In this document: positions 28,217 to 40,600 of the stretch, piece by piece
Layout: the number at the start of each line of letters is the position of its first letter
Position numbering within the stretch: position 1 is the stretch's first letter
Origin: Tubiluchus corallicola
Lineage: Eukaryota > Animalia > Priapulida
Direction: 5' to 3'
Length of the DNA stretch: 64,000 bases
NCBI GenBank assembly: GCA_030141605.1
Contig: JAQGDQ010000370.1
Coordinates: 62,001 to 126,000, forward strand
Position numbers and translations under genes: made by a program
The notes under the pieces: model-generated
The model's database searches: none
The model's input: only the letters and a program-made list of their open reading frames with translations
Told to the model about the DNA's origin: nothing

Positions 28217-28608
28217 GCTGATAAAATGAATATGTTTTAGAAAAATATCAAGATAAGTCGTAGTATAAAAAAACCAACCTGTTTACCTATAATAAAGTTC
28301 TTTGGAATTACAACGCAGTGTTATTTGCTTGGTGCTTGTGAAGCAGTCGAGAGCCACGAAGTTCCAAATTCAGTAGACGGGGATTTCTTGTAATTGCTTT
28401 TGTGCGTTGTCACGGAACGGGACTCGAGTCTTCTTATACTGGGATAACTTTTTGCGCGGAAACACTCTTAGAAGTTCACGAGTTTGTCGCGATCGTAGAA
28501 CTTTTTTGGTAAGTGTAAATTGTTTCCTGAACAGTTAGGCCAGTAGCTTTTTTGAAACATCATAATTCTTTAAAATTTTTTCAAATTTGTTAACACATCA
28601 AGTAAATA

Positions 28609-29065
28609 CAGTCAACTTTGGGTATAAGGTACTCGCTTATAAGGGACCATCAACACCGGTCCCGATTTTCCGTAACGTTTTTCCTATGTAAAAATCTTCG
28701 TATGTAGGGTACTCGGATATAAAGGGACTTTCAGTCGAAGGGACGATGTCTTCAGGTCCCACGTAATAGAAACCCAGGTAAATTACCTCACACATAAAGG
28801 ACCCTATGATCAGGGCGAAGTTGATCGAGTTTTAATCTCAATTTTTTGCAAACTTGGCCTGTGAACAGCTTGGTTTTCACGGTCACATACATCTCGCATC
28901 AGTGAAGGAGCTTCCTACATACCGTTTGCACTAAATGTGTAGCAATAATCCATAAAAATATGAGCAAAAGTGCAGGTCTAGATACACCCTCGGTCTGACT
29001 CAACTGCGGCTATAAGGGACGGTTTTCTCCGGTCCCGAGGTGTCCTTTATATCCGACGCTGACTG
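28609..29065 (+). mobile_element. Tc1/mariner(pogo/Tigger)-type MITE
   Basis: TA-CAGTCAAC...GCTGACTG-TA termini; internal (ATAAGGGAC) repeats; second copy inverted at 34457-34936. Confidence 0.85.
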
Positions 29066-31306
29066 TAGAGAGTAAGTACCTTCTTTGAGTGACGAAAGAA
29101 TGTTCATTTATAACTCATTGTTGCCCTACATAATGGAATTTTGATCATTATCGTCATCATCTGAAAGTTTTAAGATATTTTTGAAGAAAGAAACTCCAAA
29201 TCATTCGCCTAATGGAAATTCGATATTGCCACTGAAGTAAAAACAGAAGACAGAAAATTGCAAATTCTGGAAACAGTAGTGAATATCAGTTTGTTAAGGA
29301 AAATGCATTTGCTGAGAGTTATTTTCATCTTATATTATTGAAGTTCCAGTGTAATAACACACACTATCTGTCAGAAATCAACAAACCTACACAGTATTCC
29401 ATTTGTATAGTATTAGTGGTACTTGTAAATACTACTGGTATTTTAGGAACTTATGAGCTGTATATATTTCACAATCTCTAGGTCAGCAGGGCAGTTTAAA
29501 TTTTGGACCTTTAGTCATCTATTGGAACAGGCAGAACGTTCCTACACTGTGAACTAGGACATGGACTGCATGCACTAAGCTAATAGTGATATATATAAGT
29601 GCTCTAAACACGTCTAGTATTAGAGAAAACTATTTTTTGAGTTGTTTGTAAATTTAGTAAAATATTAGAAGTATAATTTTGAGACTGTTGGACTCTTATT
29701 CATCCGGGTTACCAGCCAGGCTATAGCAGTTACTAGTAAATTGCTACTAAAGTTTTATGCGACTAAAGTTTTAATTTATCAAAAAATCTCGGTTTCAGAA
29801 TAATGTCAGCTTCATAAACCACCCAGTATTTTTATTTTACTTGACTACTTACCACACTCTACCTTATCTGAGTGCCAGGCATAATGATTCATTCTTTTAT
29901 ACTCTATCTTTCAGCCCAGTTTTATTTTACTTTCAGATAAGATACATGCTTATTTTTTGTTAATTGTGTGCTCTTGTGTTTGAACGTCAGCTAGGCTATT
30001 TGCAACTCTTAACCTTGACTTATCTGCAGTTTGCACTATCCAGCTGCTCGGGCTGGTCACGTGTGCAAACAGTGTGAACATTTCCGATCTGTCAGCATGG
30101 CGGCAAGCAGTGTCAGTCTTGAAGCTGAACCCTGGATGTGGTCTTTGGCAGTCACATGATGACTTCTGTGTTTGTAAGTGCATTTGGTAGTTCCAGTTTA
30201 AAGAGGTCTTAACAAGTTGCGTGAAGATCGTTCACGTCATCTGCATTCGCAGTGAGTTTTCTGTTTTAGTCATTTTTAAAAATTAAGTTACTTGCATCTT
30301 CGCTGTAAGCAGGTTGCGTAGTTATTTCTTCTTTTATTTTCAATATTTCTTGCTTGCACGTTAAATTTTAATGAATATGTTACTTCATGTATACCTGTAG
30401 TACATAACTAGTAAGACTAATAAGCAAGCTAGCAAGTTTTTTTCTTTTCTTTTTTCTCCTCATCTCCTAAGTAATTGTTGCGCATTCTCATACTTATTTT
30501 TTCTCATAAATTTCTCTATATTACACTTTTTTGATACTTATTTTATCTTTTCGTACTCTCAGTTTTTTAACTTTACTCACTAACCTTGGTCAAATTCCCC
30601 TGTTAATAAGACCCCATTTGAAACTACTACATATAATAATCCTAATTACTGAATAATTGTATTGTTTTGTTTAGATTTAGGTATCTAACTTTATTATTTT
30701 TTGCTTTCAGTTCTTTTTGGATAATTTGTATCATTTATACTGTTTTTATTATTATTTTTTTCTTATTTATTTTTGTTATCTGCAGCATCACCGTTAATTT
30801 TTAATATACTAATCTATTTATAAGAAAGGGTAGGTGTCAAGTAAAGCACTAAGTGTTAAACCAGTAATAATTGTTCGAAGATAAGTGTTTATTTATTTAT
30901 TTTTTGCTGGTAACATTTAAATAAGCATGAGTTTAAAATTTGTTTTACACGTGAAAATATTTTGGCTTAAATTTTTAAATCAAACAAAAGTATACAACAG
31001 AAATTGTACATTATAACATTATTTTGTTATAAACTAACACATTCGTATAATAATTCAATTTTCATTTGTCTTAAATTCAAATTCTGAAAATTTTTAATTA
31101 CCTGATACATGCACATTAATTAATTAATTATATTAGTAACAATCCTGAGAGGGTGGCTGACCTTGATAACTTATAGTTCTTTTGCCACCCTTTCACCACT
31201 AATCAATAATTACTTTTGCACTTTGTAATATTATTTTGTGTTGTACAGATTTCTAAATCTGCTAGTTATGTATTTTGCTATTTTAAAAATGGTGATAAAC
31301 TAATAA

Positions 31307-31373
<67 letters not shown>

Positions 31374-31494
31374 CACTCACTCACTCACTCACTCACTCAC
31401 TCACTGACTTACTCACTTACTGACTTACTCACTCACTTACTGACTGACTTACTTACCTATTTACTTACTTACTGACTTACTACCTGACTAACTG

Positions 31495-31540
<46 letters not shown>

Positions 31541-31555
31541 GTACTTACTTACTTG
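31307..31555. repeat. (TTAC/TCAC/TGAC)n tetranucleotide repeat, probably an expanded LINE tail
   Basis: Follows a LINE-type 3' hairpin (31150-31191) and AATAAA. Confidence 0.93.
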
Positions 31556-31688
31556 ACATTCTACCATATTTGTGGAAATGCTGTTAACATTTTATAATAA
31601 ATATGGGCGAGTAACGAATTTCAAATATGGATTAAAAATTATTTTTCAGCCGGTGTTAGTCATTTGTTGAACATAATCGTCCGGTACC

Positions 31689-34600
31689 ATGGATGACCCA
31701 AAACATTTTGAAGTGATTGTAATAGGTTGTGGCGGCATTGGCAGTGGCGCCGTCTACTGGCTGTCCAGGCGTCTCGGCAAAGGTGAGTAGCGTGAGTTTT
31801 GACAAATCGAATTGTAGCTGCATGAAACTTGTGATTGTTTTACTTGGTAATGCCATTTTAAATGTTGCTGTTTCTGCAGCAGTACAAACTTTGATGATGG
31901 AATAGTTTGTTGTCCAGGCAAAGAAATGGCAAAAATCAGTATTTAACTGTGCGATAGACCTGCAATTTATTAACATAACAGATTAGAAAAAGTGCTTAAG
32001 AATGTGCTAAAGCTTATTACTATTTAGACAAAATGAAAAGTTAGATTTAAGAAGACGCAAGCACAAATTATTACTTTATGATTCTAGAGATTTGAAGCAA
32101 TTCTAACCAATTTAAACTATTAACTAATTGTTAAAGTAGATGGTGACTTACATTTACTGGTGACAACTTTGGCTTGAAAATACAACTAGTGACTGTTAAA
32201 TTGTAACAAAGTAGACAAAGCAATGCAAGTATCATCAGTGTAACTACGTGTAAGAACAAGTGTGATTCGTAGGTGGCGTATACTACTAAAGCTTAGGTCA
32301 CATGACTAAGGCTGGCTTCGTTTTAAACACTTTGAGGAAATGCATGTTTGTAAAAATACGAAAAGAAAACAAATGATTATAGAATGCTAGATTAAATTGC
32401 TTTACACCAACACTTTCTTTGCTTTACGTTTTCCGTACGGTACCTACGCAAATGTAAGTGCCAACGGAATTGTTTTGGCGTAAAAAGGTCCCTGTTTATC
32501 TAAAACCTGCTTAGAAAGAACTGATTCTTCTGATTTGTTATTATGCTCCATTTGAAGTGAAACAACATTTGCTCTGGCTAGCGGCTAGATGAGTAATGCT
32601 ATTTTTATGGTTAAATCTGTGATTAAAAGATGGAAAGCTCGTTTTATTTTTTAAACATTCGCTTTTAGCATCAAGAAAACTCCTTTATGATAGATTGGTT
32701 TTGATGCTATTATTGATTTAAGTCAAATTTTTGCTACAAGTAATTGCCATGCATAGGCAGCAGGTAGCTCTGTTTATGCAAACATAATGCTAAATTGATG
32801 CTGATTACTGTGGCGCCATATCTGTCATGTGTTTTCTGCAATTTTTACATGTCGGCTACAGCAGGGGTGTGCAAATTGCGGCCCGCGAAGAGATTTGTCA
32901 ACCTAATGAAAGTGCGGCCCAGGTGATGAATTGAGTGTATCCAGCTGAAGTCCGTGTCACGATCCCAAAGATAGTGCGGATAGTTTTTTCTACTAGATCG
33001 GATACCATTAACCCTTACAAGATGGTTGTAGCTTAATGTCACTGTACTACACAGACTGTGTGATACACATTACTAATATGCATTACCACTATCTGTCCTG
33101 AAAGTAGAAATATATGGTTTGTAATATAAATTTTAATAACTTCTAGAATAGTTTCTTGAGTGTAGTAGTAATGATGTACGCAGGTCGGATGCAAAAAAAT
33201 CGTTATTGGCCTTTCTGTACTTGGCTCTTTGATCAAACTGCCTGTGGCCCGCTGGGAAAGCTTAATGTGGCCCGGCTAGTCAGATAATTTGCATACCCCT
33301 GGGCTACAGTGTAATTATCCGAATGAACTTAAGTTAAAGTGTATTTGATGTGCTCTAGGTGTGCTGGGTCTGGAGCAGTTCAAGCTGGGACATGACCATG
33401 GAGGCTCTCAGGACTTCTCTCGAATCATGTAAGAGCTTGGCACTTTGTAACGTTTTTAAAAATGTACGACTCCACGAGCACGCAATGTGTGATGCGTGAT
33501 TCGTAAAGTGTGATCCGTATACAACTGTTTATATTTGAAAACGTGGAAGTGTTTCGATGTGTGCGTAATGCGTCATCCATAACGTGTGATGCGTAATCCG
33601 TAGTGTGTGGTCCCTATACAACTTTTTATATTTGAAAACGTGGAAGTGTTTCCATGTGTGCATATTGCGTAATCCATAACGTGTGATCTGTATACAACAG
33701 TTTATATTTAAACATGTGGAAGTGTTTCCATGTGTGCGTAATGCGTAATCCATAATGTGTGATGCGTGATCCATAATACGTGATCCGTAAACAACAGTTT
33801 ATATTTAAACACGTGGAAGTGTTTCCATATGTACGTATTGTGTAATCCATAATGTGTGATACGTATTCAGTCGAGCATGATGCCTATCATCTGAATACGC
33901 ATTACGCGCACATGAAGTCGTAGCTTTAGTTTCTAATTATTGTCTGTTTAATTACCACATCGCAGTAAGTTTATTAAGGTCTGAGCAATGATAATGGTCA
34001 TGATAATGTAATGCTCTTTTGAGCTGGGCTTCCGTAATTAGGCGAAGAAGTTTTTGTGAATGATAGGGCAAGAGAAAAAGTGGAGCAGTCAGCACTGCCC
34101 AAACTCTCTCGCACTTTGCACTAGCGATATCAACGATAAGGATACGTATCGATAACCATCGATTATCTTATCGATACGAAAACTTTGTTTTTGTCGTTAT
34201 CATATGAATATTTTTTCTATTAATATCGTTATCGTATCGAACTTGGTGTGCATTGTTGTTCGTCGCCCACCTTTATCAAGCGTTCCATTTTGCATTTTTA
34301 TTTATGCACTGGAATTATGCAAAAAAATAAAAATAAAAAAAGTTTTTTATAAAAAAAGTTGTTTGAGTAATCTTGTTGAACTTTGTTCCTCCATTAGCAG
34401 CTATCTGCAGTAGGTTTAGTGACACGCGGATGCCAAATGCGGTATATTTAAAAGTGCAGTCAACCTCGGATATAAGGGACACCTCGGGACCAGAAAAAAA
34501 CGTCCCTTATATCCGATGTCCCTTATAGTCGAAGTTGAGTCAGACCGAGGGTGTATCTAGACCTGTACTTTTCTGTACTTTAACCCATGTATTTATGGAT

Positions 34601-37600
34601 TATTGCTACACATTCAGTGCAAACGGTATGTAGGAAGCTCCTTCAGTGATGCAAGATGTATGTGACCACGGAAACCGAGCTGTTCGAAGGCCAAGTTTGC
34701 GAAAAATTGAGGTTAAAAATCGATCAATTTCACTTTGATCATAGAGTCCCTTATGTGGAAGGTAATTTACCTGGCTTTCTATTATGCAGGACCTGAAGAT
34801 GTCATCCCTTATAACTGAAAGTCCCTTATATACAAAGATTTTTACATAGGAAAAACATTACGAAAAATCAGGACCGGTGTTGGTGGTTCCTTATAAGGGA
34901 GTGTCCTTTATAAGCGAGTACCTTATACCCGAGTTAATACTTTCAAGTATAATGTTACAAGTATATTAACACTAACACTTTCAATTTTACAAGTATAATG
35001 CTGTAAAATAAAATTATCTTGTAATAAATATGTCCAGTGTTTTAAATGTAATATATGGTCTCTCTGTAAATGCTTTCACTTTGCAGTTACAATGTTTACA
35101 TACACAGATCGCCTTTTCTTTTATATAATTTCAAACAGCGTACAGCAGGGGTGTGCAAATTATCTGACTAGCCGGGCCACATTAAACTTTCCCGCAATTC
35201 CTGTGGGCCACAGGCAGTTTGATCAAGGAACCAAGTTCAGAAAGGCCTAATAACGATTTTTTTGCATCCGACCTGCGTACATCATTACTACTACACCCAA
35301 GACACTATTCTAGAAGTTATTGAAATTTATATTACAAACCATATATTTCTACTTTCAGGACAGATAGTGGTAATTTCATTACAATGCATATTAGTAACGT
35401 GTGTCACACAGTCTGTGTAGTACAGCGACATTAAGCTACAACCGTCTCGTAAGGGTTAATGGCATCCGATCTAGTAGAAAAAACTACCTGCACTATCTTT
35501 GGGATCCTGGCACGGACTTCAGCTGGATACACTCAATTAATCGCCCGGGCCGCACTTTCATTAGGTTGACAAATCTCTTCGCGGGTCACACAAATTCTCT
35601 CGGCGGGCTGCAAGTGGCCCGCGGGCCGCAATTTGCACACCCCTGGCGTACAGTATCTTGGCACTTTTTGCCACCGCAAGCAAGTTTTTAGCATAAAGCT
35701 TATTCACGTGTGATTTTGCTGAGTGTTAGTGTTGCTAATGCTGCCACCTGTGACAAGGTCATCATAACTGCTGAAGCTAATTACTTTTTGATCATCTTTA
35801 CAGACGTTTGATGTACCATGACAGAAAGTACACAAAGCTGGCGCCGGAGACGTTTAAAACGTAAGTCTAGCTTCACTCTGTTCTTTTCACTTATTCTCTT
35901 GAAGGTGGTGTCTCACACTTTTATCACATACTTATCATAATATAAACGTTTTGTTCATATAAATTTATTATAAGTTACTCTTTTTGGGTAAACCTTCTTT
36001 CCTGGAATGCTACATACGTTGCCTGTAGTTTTTTCTTGGACTGCGAGATCATCCATCCTACTTTTTGTTGCATTGGTGTCAGAGGTGGGATAATGACATG
36101 GTTTTGTGTTGCATCAATATATTTTAATGTCTTGCATCAACTCATCCATCCTACTTTTTGTTGCACTGGTGTCAGAGGTGGGATAATGGCGTGGTTTTGT
36201 GTTGCATCAATATATTTTGATGTCTTGCATCAAAAGTAATTTCGTACTTTTACAATTTCATGTTGTGTCTACACTGTCCAATGTCTAGTTTAAATTTACT
36301 GGGTTTTAATGTGATCTGTTTAAATTTTAACTATGATGCTGATTCTGTTGTTAGACACTGCTATGTATTTATCCATTTGTGATGTCTGGTGAAAAAATTA
36401 TGTTAATCAGTAATGGCTGCTTGTGCATAGTTTTCAATAGACACCACAGAATACTTGTAATTAATGGTGTGGTACAAGTTTGTGTAATAAAAAATAAAAA
36501 ATAATATAATGCTGCAATTTTTTTCATTCTCATTACTTTGTTAACATAAATACAGAGATGCCCAGTTAGGTTAGCAAAATTGCTATCGCCTCCACTTCGT
36601 ACAAAAAGACAGAAAGGAGATACCGACAGTTAAACTATGCAAATGTAGTACAAAAACTACAGCCATACTGTGAAGGAAACACAAATGTGATTATAAATTA
36701 TGATAAATCACCAATCATTGCAGGATTAACTCACTATGTGGAAAGTTTATATTAGAATACGAAAAGAGTTTGTTTATGCAAACCAATATAAAATTGGCCC
36801 TGGAAATCGCAGTTTGTTTATGAAAACCAATATAAAATTGGCCCTGGAAATGCGATTTCCAGGGCCAATTTTATATTGGTTTGCATAAACAAACTCTTTT
36901 CGTATTCTAATATAACCAAGAGGTTATGCTAGATGCGAGTATATGTCTAGGTTTAAACTGAAGCATATCGCTAAAGTAGCGGCCGACCAGCGTTAACTCA
37001 AATGTAGATTTAGGTAATTCAAATGTGTCTTGGTAACTCAAATGTAGACTTGGGTAGTTCAAATGTGTTAACAATGGTTTTCAAGAAATCTTAATAGGCT
37101 GAAATAAAGTGTCTTCTTGCAGATATTAGAGAAAATCTTCTAGTGCAGAATCGCGGTCAGAGAATGGCAATATTACAGGTTTTACACGTCTAATGTAAAT
37201 TAATTACCGATTTATTCAAAGTATCGCACTACATTTGACTTACCTAAGTCACATTTGAGTTACCAAAACACATTCGAAATTCCTATGTCTACATTTGACT
37301 TGTCTAAGTCACATTTGAACTTTCCTGTGTCTGCACTTTTAAATATACCGCATTTGGCATCCGCGTGTCGCTAAACCTACTGCAGATAGCTGCTAATGGA
37401 GGAACAAAGTTCAACAAGATTACTCAAACAACTTTTTTTATAAAAAACTTTTTTTATTTTTATTTTTTTGCATAATTCCAGTGCATAAATAAAAATGCAA
37501 AATGGAACACTTTGATAAAGGTGGGCGACGAACAACAATGCACACCAAGTTCGATACGATAACGATATTAATAGAAAAAATATTCATATGATAACGACAA

Positions 37601-40600
37601 AAACAAAGTTTTCGTATCGATAAGATAATCGATGGTTATCGATACGTATCCTTATCGTTGATATCGCTAGTGCAAAGTGCGAGAGAGTTTGGGCAGTGCT
37701 GACTGCTCCACTTTTTCTCTTGCCCTATCATTCACAAAAACTTCTTCGCCTAACTACGGAAGCCCAGCTCAAAAGAGCATTACATTATCATGACCATTAT
37801 CATTGCTCAGACCTTAATAAACTTACTGCGATGTGGTAATTAAACAGACAATAATTAGAAACTAAAGCTACGACTTCATGTGCGCGTAATGCGTAATGCG
37901 TATTCAGATGATAGGCATCATGCTCGACTGAATACGTATCACACATTATGGATTACACAATACGTACATATGGAAACACTTCCACGTGTTTAAATATAAA
38001 CTGTTATTACTATATATTACTTTTAGAGACATACCCAAGAATGCTTTTGTGTTAATTTATGTTTTATTCTTCCACGTAACATGTTCTTGCAGGTGGGAAG
38101 AAGTTGAACTGGAGTCGGGGTTGAAGATTGTCCACAAAACGGGCGGCCTAGATTTCGCCGTAAAGGGAACTCACGGAGAAACCGTTTTGAACCAAGTCAA
38201 AGAAGCACTAGCCGTTGAAAACATTCCGTAGGTGCTATTTGACGCCTAGATCAGAGTAAAAATTACAGGATTATCCCAGGGTTAACTAAATGATGCCCCA
38301 CTCGACGCTTTAATACCTGTTTTATGCTAGCACCTCTATAGTCCGGAACGATCCTGGGTAAGTTTCCCTATTGTTCAGATAGTGTGCATGATGCCCCACT
38401 CGATGCTCTAATACCTGTTTTATGCTAGCACCTCTATAGTCCGGAACGATCCTGGGTAAGTTTCCCTATTGTTCAGATAGTGTGCATGATGCGCCACTCG
38501 ATGCTCTAATACCTGTTTTATGCTAGCACCTCTATAGTCCGGAACGATCCTGGGTAAGTTTCCCTATTGTTCAGATAGTGTTCATGATGCCCCACTCGAC
38601 GCTCTAATACCTGTTTTATGCTAGCACCTCTAGTCCAGAACGATCCTGGGTAAGTTTCCCTATTGTTCAGATAGTGTTCATGATGCCCCACTCGACGCTC
38701 TAATACCTGTTTTATGCTAGCACCTCTATAGTCCGGAACGATCCTGGGTAAGTTTCCCTATTGTTCAGATAGTGTTCATGATGCCCCACTCGACGCTCTA
38801 ATACCTGTTTTATGCTAGCACCTCTAGTCCAGAACGATCCCGGATAAGTTTACTTATTGTTCAGATAGTGTTCACACAAATACTGGTTCGGTTCAAACTT
38901 CGTCTAGTATGTGCTAAGTGTTTTTGTAAGTAGTTTCCCCGACACTGTTGTTACCAGAAGTGCAAATAAAACCAGTTTATTTCATTGTTTTCACTTAAAC
39001 TTAGAAAATTATAACAAAAAATCTGCAAAAAATGTCTGTAAAACATAAAATTAATTTTCGAATTAGTGTTCGAATTTTCATGCGCTGTGGTAGCGACCAT
39101 TCATTTGAAAATTATAATAGAACTGGTGCAATTTATTCGTAAGCGCATCGTGGTGCTTAAATTAATTCGAACTTCTGCAGCTTGCCTAATTTTTGTCAAA
39201 ATATCACAAATTTGGCTGTCTAATTTTTTGTGAAAACTTATTGTACTTTTTATTAGATGAAAATTGACGATGTACCGCTGCTCTTCAGCCTATGAACGAC
39301 GTCATTGGTGGAAGAATGACGTCATTGGTGGAAGAATGGGCATTCAGAATTGGAGCGTTTAAGACCCCAAGCATGAAATGATCGCGACTCTAAACTGATT
39401 TTGCGATCCCTTAGTTTTCACGAGACACTTTTTAAATCTTGTTAGCATTTTTCGCGAACATTTAAATAGGCCTAGCATCCCAGAAGCCTTGGTTTTTCCA
39501 TTAAAACTCAAATCGCAGCGAATGCCCATGTAGAAGTTTCGACTTCGTGTTCGTTTTTTAAAAAGGTGATTGTAATTATGCGTCGTTCGTTTCAGGTTCG
39601 AAAATTTGACCGGTCCTGAAATGTCACGGCGTTTTCCAACACTGACCACGGGTTCTGACGTTGTGGGAATATACCAGGATGATGCTGGAATCGCAGACGC
39701 TGCTGTAGGTACGCATAAAAACATAATTGCGCAATATGTAATATTATTCATAAAATATAATATAATTATATATATATATATAGTTATATAGTAGTACATA
39801 ATATAATTATATAGTAGTATAATGTAATTATGCACTATAATGTAATAGCTATATAATGTAATTATATATGCTTCTTAATAAAACCACAGGTAACAAAACT
39901 AACAGTGAACCATTTTTAGACCGTTTAGGCGCGGTCGAAAATTACCCCCTCAATAAAGGTGGCGCATCTAGCGGTGATTTTATTAAACTACGATTGCTAT
40001 ATTGAAAATAATAATATAGATGTATTATGACTTGATATAATTAAGCCTGACTCATTACGACTCATGATCGTACTTGGTTTTACGATGAAACGTTGGTGTG
40101 TGGAGATAACGCAATGATTTCTTATCTAAATACTGGACTTCTTTGTCAAAGTTAGTCTATGACAGTTTTCATGTGTAGCATGAGCTGTGTTCGTCACGAA
40201 TTTAGTAAACGAAGTTCGCATCCGAATTAATTGTGGCGTAAATTGCTTTATGTTGATGTACCTGGATTTCTATCTAGTAGAAATAATGAAATACACTACA
40301 CCATTATGCGTGTTGCCGAACTACTTTATTTACAATGCGTTCTGACGCATTAATACATAACATCTCCTTTCTTTTGAACAAAAAAACAAAAGTAAACAAT
40401 AACATGGCATTGTTAACAACAATAGTAAACAACCTTAAAGTTAACAAAACAGTAAAATTGACTTTGCCACTTTTCTTATCTATGTAGTTTCAGCACACAA
40501 ATTTTAACTTTTTTGACTATTGGAACCTTTACAAAATTCGAATTTAACATTGAACTTTAAATTACAAAATGACTTTCATTACAGTTAAAAATGAATTAAG

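Noticed and set aside
28380-30260. Candidate non-coding 5' exons of the oxidase (donors at 28509 and 30252; GTCACGTG E-box at ~30056)
   Set aside because: Plausible because an acceptor precedes the ATG exon at ~31649, but cannot be fixed without transcripts.
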